A DNA stretch of 54,360 nt from a bacterium. GTDB taxonomy: Bacteria; Patescibacteriota; Patescibacteriia; S139-126. The stretch lies in assembly GCA_030666865.1 (NCBI GenBank), contig DAOUWZ010000005.1:1-54360 (forward strand). Reading direction: 5' to 3'. Both the position numbers and the translations under genes were made by a program. A model generated the notes under the pieces. It was not told the DNA's origin and searched no databases. It saw only the letters and a program-made list of their open reading frames with translations. Below are positions 24,006-32,790 of this stretch, piece after piece (within the stretch, counting starts at the first letter, position 1; the number at the start of each line of letters is the position of its first letter).

Positions 24006-26723
24006 ATGCTTACATCAGAAACAAAACAAAGAATCAGCTCCCTGCGACAAATTCTTGTCGGCAAAGTACCTAATCCAACAGAACAAGTGGATCAAATCAC
24101 CAATGCGCTGATTTATAAATACATGGACGACATGGACCAGCAGGCAATCTCACTTGGCGGTAAGGCTGGTTTTTTTGTTGGTAAATATGAGAAATATGCA
24201 TGGAAAAACTTAATGGACACCAAAATTGGTGCGCAAGATAGAATGAATGTGTACACAGAAGCGCTTGAAAGTATGGGAACAAATAAAAATCTCTCTCCAG
24301 TGTTTCGTGATATCTTAAAAGGTGCTTTTCTGCCATATCGTTCACCAGAAACTTTAAATTTATTTTTACATGAGATAGATAGTTTTTCATACAGTCATAG
24401 CGAGGAATTAGGTAATGCATTTGAATACTTGCTTTCAATTATGGGATCACAAGGTGATGCTGGTATGTTCCGTACACCGCGCCACATTATTAATTTTATT
24501 GTAAAAGTTGTGAACCCGACAAAAGACGATACAGTGCTTGATCCAGCATGTGGTACGGCTGGTTTTCTTATATCTGCTTATAAACATATCAAAGGAGAGC
24601 ATGACGGCATAGATAACAAAACAGGTAAAAAGACAGATAAAGAAAAAACACTCACACCAGCACAAGTTAAAAAGATTCATAAAAACTTTTCTGGTTACGA
24701 TATCTCGCCAAGTATGACGAAGTTATCCCGTGCAAATATGTTTTTACACCAATTCCCAGATCCTCAAATTTACGAATACGATACATTAAGTTCAGAAGAA
24801 AGATGGAACGATAACTTTGATGTTATCCTTGCGAATCCTCCATTTATGAGTCCAAAAGGCGGAATTGTGCCGCACAGCAGATTTAGTATAAAAGCCAATC
24901 GCTCTGAGGTGCTTTTTGTGGACTATATTCTTGAGCACCTTAAACCAAAAGGGCGTGCTGGAATTATTGTACCCGAGGGGGTTGTTTTCCAATCTGGTAA
25001 TGCATATAAACAACTCCGCAAGGCACTCGTTGAGGATGGGCTTTGGGCCGTTGTGAGTTTGCCACAGGGCGTCTTCAATCCATATGCTGGGGTAAAAACC
25101 TCTATTTTACTTTTTGATAATAATGTCACCAAACAATCAGACGAAGTTTTGTTTGTGAAAATTGAGAATGACGGTTTTGACTTGGGTGCGCAACGCAGAT
25201 CGATTGAACAAAATGATTTGCCAAAAGCATTAGAGTTAATGAATAAATATAAAGAAAGTCTAAATAATAAGGATGTTTATTTGACTAGGCGAGATGTTAC
25301 GGAAAATGGCATTTTAATAGTTTCCAAAAAAGAGATTTTTGAAAACGATGACTACAATCTGAGTATTGATAGATATAAAAAAGATCCATTAGAGTATCTG
25401 AAAAATATTGTAAATATAAAAGAAAAAGAAATTCAGAAAAGTTTACAACCAGTTTTGGATTCAGTAAGTAGCTTTGTAAAATCTTCTGCTTTTTTACAAA
25501 TCCAAGATAATTTCAAAAAGATGGTTGAACAATATCAGAAAATATTAGAAGACGGTAAAATCAAAAAGATTATGGAAATACAAAAGAAGATCATCAAAGA
25601 AATAAAAGAACGCCAAAAATGGCCGATGGTGGAGTTGGGAGATGTTGCAACATTAATGACTGGAGGGACGCCAAAATCAACAAAAGAAGAGTATTATGGT
25701 GGTGATGTTAAATGGTTGGTGTCGGGCGATATTCATAAAGGGGAGGTTTTTGACTGTGATGGTCGTATAACAAACTTGGCGTTGCGTGAATCAAATACGA
25801 AGTTATTGCCAATTAACTCCGTACTAATTGCACTCAATGGGCAAGGCAAAACACGTGGAAGTGTTGCAATTTTGCGAGTGAAAGCAGCGTGTAATCAATC
25901 CCTTGTTTCAATAGAACCACAAAAAGAAAAATTGTTGCCAGAATTTCTTTTGTACGCACTAAGAAATATGTACCAAGAAATAAGGGGTATGACAGGTGAT
26001 AATCAGCGTAGTGGGCTAAACATGCCAATAATTCGCTCAATCAAGATTCCACTCCCCCCACTTGAAATCCAAAAACAAATCGTTGCAGAAATTGATGGGT
26101 ATCAAAAAGTTATTGATGGAGCAAAGCAGGTAGTAGAAAATTGGAAGCCAAATATAAAAAATGATCCAGATTGGAAAGTAGTTAAGCTAGAAAAAGTTTG
26201 TAAGTACGCAGGAGGGACACAGCCGCCAAAATCAACGTTCATTTATGAGTCGAAGGATGATTATATTCGTCTTCTTCAAATAAGAGACTATAAAAATGAC
26301 AATAATATTGTATATATACCTAAAAAAGAGAGGCATAAAATGTGTACCGAACAAGACATAATGATTGGAAGATACGGTCCACCAGTATTTCAAATACTAA
26401 AAGGAAAAGCCGGGGCGTACAATGTGGCTCTTATGAAGTGTTTACCAGATGAGTCTAAAATTACTAATGATTGGCTTTACTATTTCCTTTTATCTGAACG
26501 TGTACAGACAAAAATTATTGCCTTGTCTGAAAGAGTTAGGCAAGCTGGTGTCAGACCCGCTGATTTAGATAATTTAGATGTTGCTTTACCAACACTAGAT
26601 GTTCAAGTTCAAGTCGTAGATAAAATTAAAGAAGAGCAGAAAATGGTTGACCAGAACAAAAAATTGATTGGAATATTTGAGCAGAAAATCAAACAAAAAA
26701 TTAGCGAAGTTTGGGGGAAATAA
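24006..26723 (+). CDS. Type I R-M fused methyltransferase-specificity protein (HsdM-HsdS)
   Basis: FRTPRH, DPACGTAGFL, NPPF; then two TRDs (GGTPKS...PLPPLEIQKQIV; LPTLDVQ..VV). Confidence 0.9.
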   Translation: MLTSETKQRISSLRQILVGKVPNPTEQVDQITNALIYKYMDDMDQQAISLGGKAGFFVGKYEKYAWKNLMDTKIGAQDRMNVYTEALESMGTNKNLSPVFRDILKGAFLPYRSPETLNLFLHEIDSFSYSHSEELGNAFEYLLSIMGSQGDAGMFRTPRHIINFIVKVVNPTKDDTVLDPACGTAGFLISAYKHIKGEHDGIDNKTGKKTDKEKTLTPAQVKKIHKNFSGYDISPSMTKLSRANMFLHQFPDPQIYEYDTLSSEERWNDNFDVILANPPFMSPKGGIVPHSRFSIKANRSEVLFVDYILEHLKPKGRAGIIVPEGVVFQSGNAYKQLRKALVEDGLWAVVSLPQGVFNPYAGVKTSILLFDNNVTKQSDEVLFVKIENDGFDLGAQRRSIEQNDLPKALELMNKYKESLNNKDVYLTRRDVTENGILIVSKKEIFENDDYNLSIDRYKKDPLEYLKNIVNIKEKEIQKSLQPVLDSVSSFVKSSAFLQIQDNFKKMVEQYQKILEDGKIKKIMEIQKKIIKEIKERQKWPMVELGDVATLMTGGTPKSTKEEYYGGDVKWLVSGDIHKGEVFDCDGRITNLALRESNTKLLPINSVLIALNGQGKTRGSVAILRVKAACNQSLVSIEPQKEKLLPEFLLYALRNMYQEIRGMTGDNQRSGLNMPIIRSIKIPLPPLEIQKQIVAEIDGYQKVIDGAKQVVENWKPNIKNDPDWKVVKLEKVCKYAGGTQPPKSTFIYESKDDYIRLLQIRDYKNDNNIVYIPKKERHKMCTEQDIMIGRYGPPVFQILKGKAGAYNVALMKCLPDESKITNDWLYYFLLSERVQTKIIALSERVRQAGVRPADLDNLDVALPTLDVQVQVVDKIKEEQKMVDQNKKLIGIFEQKIKQKISEVWGK

Positions 26724-26735
26724 TTATTATGAGCT

Positions 26736-27770
26736 ATGAACCAAAATCTTGCAGAAAAAATAGAAAATCTTTGTTTGTATGTTTGTAATGCAAAAAAGTT
26801 TGGCTACGAGCAGAAGTTAAAAAAGGCTACAGAACATGAGCTTTACGACGCTGCGATTATTTACGCATGGAGCATTTTCATGCTTTTCATTTTTGAGAAA
26901 GTTTGGCAACTACGAGAGATTGAAAGATGTGAAGACGGAGACAGTTTTCTCACTGATGGAATTTTTCTGCAGCTGATAAACAAAGGAAAGCCGAGCGACA
27001 AACCAGCAGACTACTTTGATGGTAGTTTATTTTCACTCAATAAGCTGCAGGAAAATAATCAAGGAGAGGATAAAATAATAGGTAAATTGAAAGACGTTTT
27101 CAGGGGTGTAGATCAACAGTTTTTTAAAGAGGCTCAACAGATACTACAAAAAAGACATACTTCCGCACATGTTAATTCAGTAAATTTGTCTATTGATGAA
27201 TTAAATTATGTACTCGGAAAACTTATTGGCATAGCACAGGAAATACAAAATGATCACGAAAGGAAAATGCCAAAAGTATTTGAGTATTTAGATACTGTAA
27301 ATGAGTGGCACTTATCGGAATTTGATATGGTAAAAGTCCATGAGTTATTTGACCAAGACCAAACAGACGATATTTGTAAATACAGAAGTGTAACAAGATT
27401 GGTAAAAATACAAGATTTTTCTAGTGCCTCCGTTGATGAGATTAAAGAGCGGGCTATAAAGTATTTTTTAAAATCGTATAGTTATCAATCCGCATATGAT
27501 AATGGTGTGGAAATGATACTGCCCATTTTGCAATTTCTAGATGAAGATGATATAAAGCAAATTCTTACTGGAGTTTTTGAGAATGTACGAAATCAAATTT
27601 TAGATGCACGAAAAATTGAAGATATTTTTTGGGAGCTTTATCAACTTTCATCAAATAGCTTCCCTGATTTGCAGAGCAATTGGGAAGAGTTTATAAATAA
27701 GTTAGAGGCTGAAGAATGCACAGGCAATTTCCCAAAATTAATACCAGAGATAAAAAAAACTGAAGAATAA
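26736..27770 (+). CDS. Hypothetical protein with N-terminal HEPN-like domain
   Basis: DAAIIYAWS helix and Rx4H motif (KRHTSAH). Confidence 0.55.
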   Translation: MNQNLAEKIENLCLYVCNAKKFGYEQKLKKATEHELYDAAIIYAWSIFMLFIFEKVWQLREIERCEDGDSFLTDGIFLQLINKGKPSDKPADYFDGSLFSLNKLQENNQGEDKIIGKLKDVFRGVDQQFFKEAQQILQKRHTSAHVNSVNLSIDELNYVLGKLIGIAQEIQNDHERKMPKVFEYLDTVNEWHLSEFDMVKVHELFDQDQTDDICKYRSVTRLVKIQDFSSASVDEIKERAIKYFLKSYSYQSAYDNGVEMILPILQFLDEDDIKQILTGVFENVRNQILDARKIEDIFWELYQLSSNSFPDLQSNWEEFINKLEAEECTGNFPKLIPEIKKTEE

Positions 27771-27771
27771 A

Positions 27772-28638
27772 ATGAAACTACAACAGAAAACAATTACAAA
27801 ATTTCGAGAATTGATTAACGAGGAAACAGAATATAGGAGCGGACCAGCGCTAGTGGCGTTTTTTAATGATCTTGGCTCCAGTGACTCATACGGACAAGGA
27901 TTCCCTTCAAGATGGGTGTACACAGAAGACAGGTTGAAGGCTTTCAACGGAACTTCAAAAATGAACGAATGTATAAAAAGAATCTTTGCACCGATAAATT
28001 TTGTTGGTGATTTTAAAACTTTAGATAAGCATATTACTGATTTTAATCAGTATCTTGCGTTTGACGGATACAAAATTACAAGAAAAGGTCAGGTTGTAGT
28101 AGTTGGCAAATGCTCTGAATCGGATTTTGATAACGAAGTTGATGACAGTGAATCTGAGAATGAATTTATCGCGAAGGAGTTTAAAAAAGTAGCACTTAAC
28201 AAATTATGTTTAGATTCTGCGGTCACAAATGTATTACAACAACGTTTGAATGAGATTGAAAAATGCCTTAGCAAAAAAGCGGCTCTATCAGTAGTGATTT
28301 TATGTGGGGGTACATTAGAGGGTATTCTGATTGGAATGGCAAGTAAATATTCAAAAGAATTTAATAAATCAAAATGTGCATGTAAGAAGAAGGGTAAAGT
28401 TTTGCCGTTTTCAGATTGGAACTTGTCAGGTCTTATCGATACTGCTAAAGATGTCGGGTTGTTAGGTGAAGATGTGAAAAAATATAGTCATGCATTGCGT
28501 GATTTTAGGAATTACATACATCCGTATCAACAAGTGGCAAGTAGTTTTAGTCCACATAATCATACTGCAAAAATTAGTTGGCAGGTGTTGCAAGCAGCTA
28601 TATATGAAATATTTGAATATGAAAACAATAAAGAATGA
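27772..28638 (+). CDS. AbiJ-like protein (AbiJ N-terminal domain + HEPN-like C-terminus)
   Basis: YRSGP.LV.FFN...SRW.YT..RL; LEG.L...LRDFRNYIHP. Confidence 0.6.
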   Translation: MKLQQKTITKFRELINEETEYRSGPALVAFFNDLGSSDSYGQGFPSRWVYTEDRLKAFNGTSKMNECIKRIFAPINFVGDFKTLDKHITDFNQYLAFDGYKITRKGQVVVVGKCSESDFDNEVDDSESENEFIAKEFKKVALNKLCLDSAVTNVLQQRLNEIEKCLSKKAALSVVILCGGTLEGILIGMASKYSKEFNKSKCACKKKGKVLPFSDWNLSGLIDTAKDVGLLGEDVKKYSHALRDFRNYIHPYQQVASSFSPHNHTAKISWQVLQAAIYEIFEYENNKE

Positions 28639-28713
28639 GGGGATAAATTTGCATGTACATTGGGCATATTGAGTAAACTCAATATTACTTACTTCAGTAA
28701 TTAATTTAAATTT

Positions 28714-29466
28714 ATGTCCCAATACTACAATCCAATCAGAACCAGAAACATCTATGATCCTAAATCAGAAGATATTTTTAAGCTATCTCGTAGCAAAATA
28801 GATTTATTTATAGAATGTCCAAAATGTTTCTATATTGACCGACGACTTGGAACTGGGAGACCACCTGGATTTCCTTTTAACTTAAATAGTGCTGTAGATA
28901 CACTACTTAAGAAAGAATTTGATATTCATCGCGCTAACGATACTCAGCATCCATTGATAGAGAAATACGGAGTAGATGCTAAACCAGTAGCACATGAAGA
29001 TTTAGATATCTGGCGAGAGAATTTTAAAGGTGTGCAGTTTTATCATAAAAAAACTAATTTTATTATCACTGGTGCTATTGATGATCTTTGGATTAACTCA
29101 AAAGACGAATACATAGTGGTAGATTATAAAGCAACTAGCAAGAATGCAAAGATTGAAGCACTAGATCAAGATTGGCAGATTGGTTATAAAAGACAGATGG
29201 AGATATATCAGTGGTTATTGAGACAAAATGGATATAAAGTTTCTAATACTGGATATTTTGTGTATTGTAATGGTGATACTGATAAAAAAGCTTTTGATGC
29301 CAAACTTGAATTTGATATTACTTTAATTTCATATACTGGTAATGATGCATGGATAGAAGATACTATCATCAAAGCACATAAATGTTTGCAATCAAATAAA
29401 ATCCCACAATCAGGGAATGATTGTGATTATTGTGCTTATGTGGAGGCGAGGGGTAAAGTGAATTAA
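28714..29466 (+). CDS. PD-(D/E)XK nuclease (RecB/Cas4-like, Cys cluster)
   Basis: LSRSKI..F.ECPKC, GAIDD, VDYK, QMEIY, CDYC. Confidence 0.85.
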   Translation: MSQYYNPIRTRNIYDPKSEDIFKLSRSKIDLFIECPKCFYIDRRLGTGRPPGFPFNLNSAVDTLLKKEFDIHRANDTQHPLIEKYGVDAKPVAHEDLDIWRENFKGVQFYHKKTNFIITGAIDDLWINSKDEYIVVDYKATSKNAKIEALDQDWQIGYKRQMEIYQWLLRQNGYKVSNTGYFVYCNGDTDKKAFDAKLEFDITLISYTGNDAWIEDTIIKAHKCLQSNKIPQSGNDCDYCAYVEARGKVN

Positions 29467-29475
29467 TATTTTTAT

Positions 29476-29988
29476 ATGTCAGAATTAGATTTAAGACATC
29501 CTTCTATACAAGGTTATCCAAAAGAAGAGATGGTGTTGTTAATAGATTTGTATAGATTGATTTCTATATTTGGATCTAGTGAGTATATTTCAACTTTTCG
29601 TAGTGATAGAGATGATATTTCGCATTATAGTATTAATGCAATATTTCGTAATTTTGAATATACTGAGATTTCAAGGTTACTAATTTCATTAGCAGCTCAA
29701 TTACGAAATATACTAGATAATAATTGTGATATAGATGAAAAACAAGAATTTATTGTTGGAGAAATTAAACATCAAAAGAAAGAAGAAAAAGAAGATTTAT
29801 TACTTAGAGATGCGTGTAATAAAATATTACATGCTGAAAATATTAATTTTGATTTAAGTGAAAATAATACTATATATAGTGGTTATTTAAATCCAATAAT
29901 ATATTTATATTCTAATAATTCTGAATATAATTGGAAGGCAAAATTAGATATAAAAAGTTTCACAAAGTGTATTTTTAAAAATATTTAG
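29476..29988 (+). CDS. Hypothetical protein (possible divergent HEPN, RDACNKILH)
   Basis: Co-oriented 170-aa ORF within the cargo array. Confidence 0.6.
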   Translation: MSELDLRHPSIQGYPKEEMVLLIDLYRLISIFGSSEYISTFRSDRDDISHYSINAIFRNFEYTEISRLLISLAAQLRNILDNNCDIDEKQEFIVGEIKHQKKEEKEDLLLRDACNKILHAENINFDLSENNTIYSGYLNPIIYLYSNNSEYNWKAKLDIKSFTKCIFKNI

Positions 29989-30033
29989 TGTTATTAGTTA
30001 AGTCGAAAATAAAGCATTCATTAGAATAGTATT

Positions 30034-30405
30034 ATGGTTAAAAAACAAAATGAACTTAAAAGTAAATTTACTAAATTGATCAAAAGTAATAATTTTAGTT
30101 TCGACGATTTATCACAAATATCGACAGAACAAGGAGTGTATATTATTTATAGTAATAGGAATAAAGTTTTACATGTAGGTAGAACTGTTAGAGCAAGAAA
30201 TGGATTAAAGCAGAGATTGACAGATCATAAACGAGGGCAATCTAGTTTTGTTAAAAAAGGGTTGAAAGGTGATAGAGATAGATTAAGAAATTGTCATTTT
30301 AAATATATAGTAGAAGATAATAATAGAATTAGAGCATTATTAGAATGCTATACAATTGGAGGGTTATACCCTGAACATATTGGCTTAGGAAAAAGAAAAA
30401 AATAG
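30034..30405 (+). CDS. GIY-YIG-like nuclease
   Basis: GVYIIY...VLHVGRT...LKQRLTDH...LLE. Confidence 0.7.
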   Translation: MVKKQNELKSKFTKLIKSNNFSFDDLSQISTEQGVYIIYSNRNKVLHVGRTVRARNGLKQRLTDHKRGQSSFVKKGLKGDRDRLRNCHFKYIVEDNNRIRALLECYTIGGLYPEHIGLGKRKK

Positions 30406-30570
30406 TTCTAGACCGAGGTTTGAATAAGACACCAAGACACCCCTTTTTATAGTGTCTCATTTGTCTCATTCACTCCGACCGAGAGGGGTTGTACTAGTCT
30501 ATGAATGAGTGCTAGAATACCTCTAAGGTTACCACACTACATTGGTACTAGACCGTGTGTGTGAGCCATG

Positions 30571-30603
30571 AAAAAATCAACATCTCACGATGTTGGTTTT
30601 TTT
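30571..30603 (+). terminator. Intrinsic terminator (probable original tRNA-Gln terminator)
   Basis: AAAAAATCAACATC-TCAC-GATGTTGGTTTTTTT directly after the GAGCCAT core. Confidence 0.7.
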
Positions 30604-30620
30604 ATAGTTCTGAAATAGAT

Positions 30621-30820
30621 AGGGAATCGAACGGGTACGAGAGAGGCAATCCCGCGTTAGCGGGAGTAGACGAGCGACAAATAATCCGAGCTGACGCAGG
30701 ATTATTTGGTACCCCGGGCAACGAAGCCCTGAAAGGGCAAGGCGAAATTCCCTGCCTGCTCCTCGAGTCTGAGCACGAGGCTCACCTTAGAGCGATGACC
30801 GGCAGGCAGGTCGTCCGACT
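30621..30820. other. GC-rich multi-hairpin element with tRNA T-arm-like ends, containing nested palindromic insertions
   Basis: AGGGAATCGAAC is the reverse complement of tRNA 15513-15524; closing ATTCCCTG at 30747; internal stems. Confidence 0.55.
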
Positions 30821-30840
30821 GTGAGGCTTTAATAAAAAGC

Positions 30841-30870
30841 AAGCCCGGAAAATTAAAAGTTCCGGGCTTT
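30841..30870. terminator. Bidirectional terminator-like hairpin
   Basis: AAGCCCGGAA / TTCCGGGCTT. Confidence 0.6.
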
Positions 30871-30900
30871 ACTATTAAAGATGAAATGGCTTGCTTGTTT

Positions 30901-31860
30901 TTACAAGAGAGTGGAGATAATTTCTCTAAATGACAAGCCTTTTTTAAATGCCTCTACGGCATTTTTTTTATAAAAAACATTAGCGATATCTTCCCAGTCA
31001 TTAAAAGAGAAGAAATTTTTAAGTGAACCATTCGTATTTTGGTTAGGGTTAAACCAACCAAAAGGTACGCCGGCAACTTCTGCCAATTTACCGTCTTTGA
31101 TCGGATCATCACCGAAATAGATCATCCTTTGGCGGCTTTCCATGAGGAATCTAACTAGTTGGAGTTGATTGGTCATTGCACCATGAATGACGGAAAACCA
31201 CATGAGGTGAATTAAATCAAATAAAGTAACAGATGGTTTAATTCGCATTGCTTGTTTTTTTGGATATGCTCGTCCTCTCATTTCATCATCAGTTAGAAGT
31301 ATTGGTGGACAAGGAAGCCCCCATACTTTGAAAGTCTCTTGAATAAACTTCTCATGGCCAGATGAAAGAATGGCTAACTGGATGTTTACTGAGTTATTAT
31401 TTATCTTTTTTATCATTTTCAGGAATTCCAGAATTCCTTTACAGGGACGAGGCCAAGTTTCTCTAATTTCTTTTGCTAGATATTCCAGCTTAGAGCGGAC
31501 TAACATTTCTGTGATAACACCATTTGGATTCCAAGAATTGGCTTGAGGCCATTCAAGTGGATGTCCTTTACCTTCAGGAACCAACCCATTAAGAAGTTCG
31601 TGGTTTTTTACAAAGAATTGCTTGGCTGCTTGGATTAAACTTTCTTTGTTTCCTTTCGAGAGAATTGCCTCAACCAGTTCTCCTGGAGCTCTATTTTCAA
31701 GTCGACCAATTTTGTTGAATACACTCAGTCCCGTATTTCCAAAGACTGATTTAACAGCATGTGTATATGCTTCATTGACGCCGATGCCATTAGGGCTCAG
31801 CTCGAAAGTATTTGCAACACATCCGTCAAAATCACAAATAACTAGATATTCTTGTATCAT
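30901..31860 (-). CDS. HAD-superfamily hydrolase
   Basis: Motif I DFDGCV, motif II LSSG, KP, motif IV YFGDD..KD. Confidence 0.85.
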   Translation of the reverse strand: MIQEYLVICDFDGCVANTFELSPNGIGVNEAYTHAVKSVFGNTGLSVFNKIGRLENRAPGELVEAILSKGNKESLIQAAKQFFVKNHELLNGLVPEGKGHPLEWPQANSWNPNGVITEMLVRSKLEYLAKEIRETWPRPCKGILEFLKMIKKINNNSVNIQLAILSSGHEKFIQETFKVWGLPCPPILLTDDEMRGRAYPKKQAMRIKPSVTLFDLIHLMWFSVIHGAMTNQLQLVRFLMESRQRMIYFGDDPIKDGKLAEVAGVPFGWFNPNQNTNGSLKNFFSFNDWEDIANVFYKKNAVEAFKKGLSFREIISTLL

Positions 31861-32092
31861 GATATTGCCCTCCTATATGGCTTATCAAAAAGTTTATTGT
31901 TAGCAAATATTTATTATTTATATTGAAAAGAACCAAGTGTTATTATTAGTCTTTTATCCTTACTTTTTAGGATTTTTTATTATAGAATAAAATATTATTA
32001 AAAGCAACTTTTTATTAAAATTAGATAAAAATCAACTTGAAAGCATTTATTAAAAATGTTAAATTAAATAAAAGTAGCTTATTAAATATTTT

Positions 32093-32623
32093 ATGGATCC
32101 AAACAATTGGTATGTAATTACAGGCGCTCCTTCAGCTGGTAAAACTACTTTGATTAAATTATTAGAGGAAAGGGGCTACGATGTTGTTCATGAAGTGGCT
32201 AGAGTTTATATCGATCAAGAAATAGAGAAAGGAAAAACTATTGATCACATACGTCGTGATGAATTTTTGTTTCAAAATATTGTATTAAAAATGAAAATCG
32301 AGATAGAAAATAATTTACCAAAGGGGAAAATTATTTTTTTTGACAGAGGTATTCCTGACACCGAGGCTTATTATAAATTATATGGAAAAGAAAATGATGA
32401 ATTTTTAAAAGAGGCTATCGATAATTGTTTATATAAAAAGATTTTTTTACTTGATTTTTTCAATATGCATAAGGATTATGCCAGAACGGAAAACAGCGAA
32501 AAACAAATAAAAATTCATGATTTGTTAGAAAAAAGTTATCTGAAAACAAATATTCCTATTGTTAAAGTGCCAAAAATGAAATCAAAAGAGGATAGATTAA
32601 ATTTTGTTTTGGATAATTTATAG
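32093..32623 (+). CDS. AAA_28 (NadR/Ttd14-like) P-loop nucleotide kinase/ATPase
   Basis: ITGAPSAGKTT, E.AR..I, FFDRGIPD, RTE. Confidence 0.85.
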   Translation: MDPNNWYVITGAPSAGKTTLIKLLEERGYDVVHEVARVYIDQEIEKGKTIDHIRRDEFLFQNIVLKMKIEIENNLPKGKIIFFDRGIPDTEAYYKLYGKENDEFLKEAIDNCLYKKIFLLDFFNMHKDYARTENSEKQIKIHDLLEKSYLKTNIPIVKVPKMKSKEDRLNFVLDNL

Positions 32624-32790
32624 TTTGAAAATAACCATACATCCAGAATGCATTGAACTAATACAATAATTTGTAATGTCAAGATAGTTGATATATAATC
32701 AATAATAGCTATGTATTTGAGATTTCTAATGATCAGATTAGTTTTTTTTATATAAAAAAAATAATAAAAATATTTAATTAAAAAAAATGT

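Larger units (their letters stand above)
15531..30569. mobile_element. Genomic (defence) island integrated at the tRNA-Gln 3' end, serine-recombinase type
   Basis: GAGCCAT at 15531-15537 and 30563-30569; the right copy is followed by a terminator hairpin; encodes a large serine recombinase and R-M/nuclease cargo; shared end motifs. Confidence 0.7.

Noticed and set aside
16367-30405. Intact prophage
   Set aside because: No capsid, portal, large terminase, tail or lysis genes recognised.
30555-30824. 89-aa ORF
   Set aside because: GTG start; runs through a terminator and nested palindromes; no recognisable protein features.
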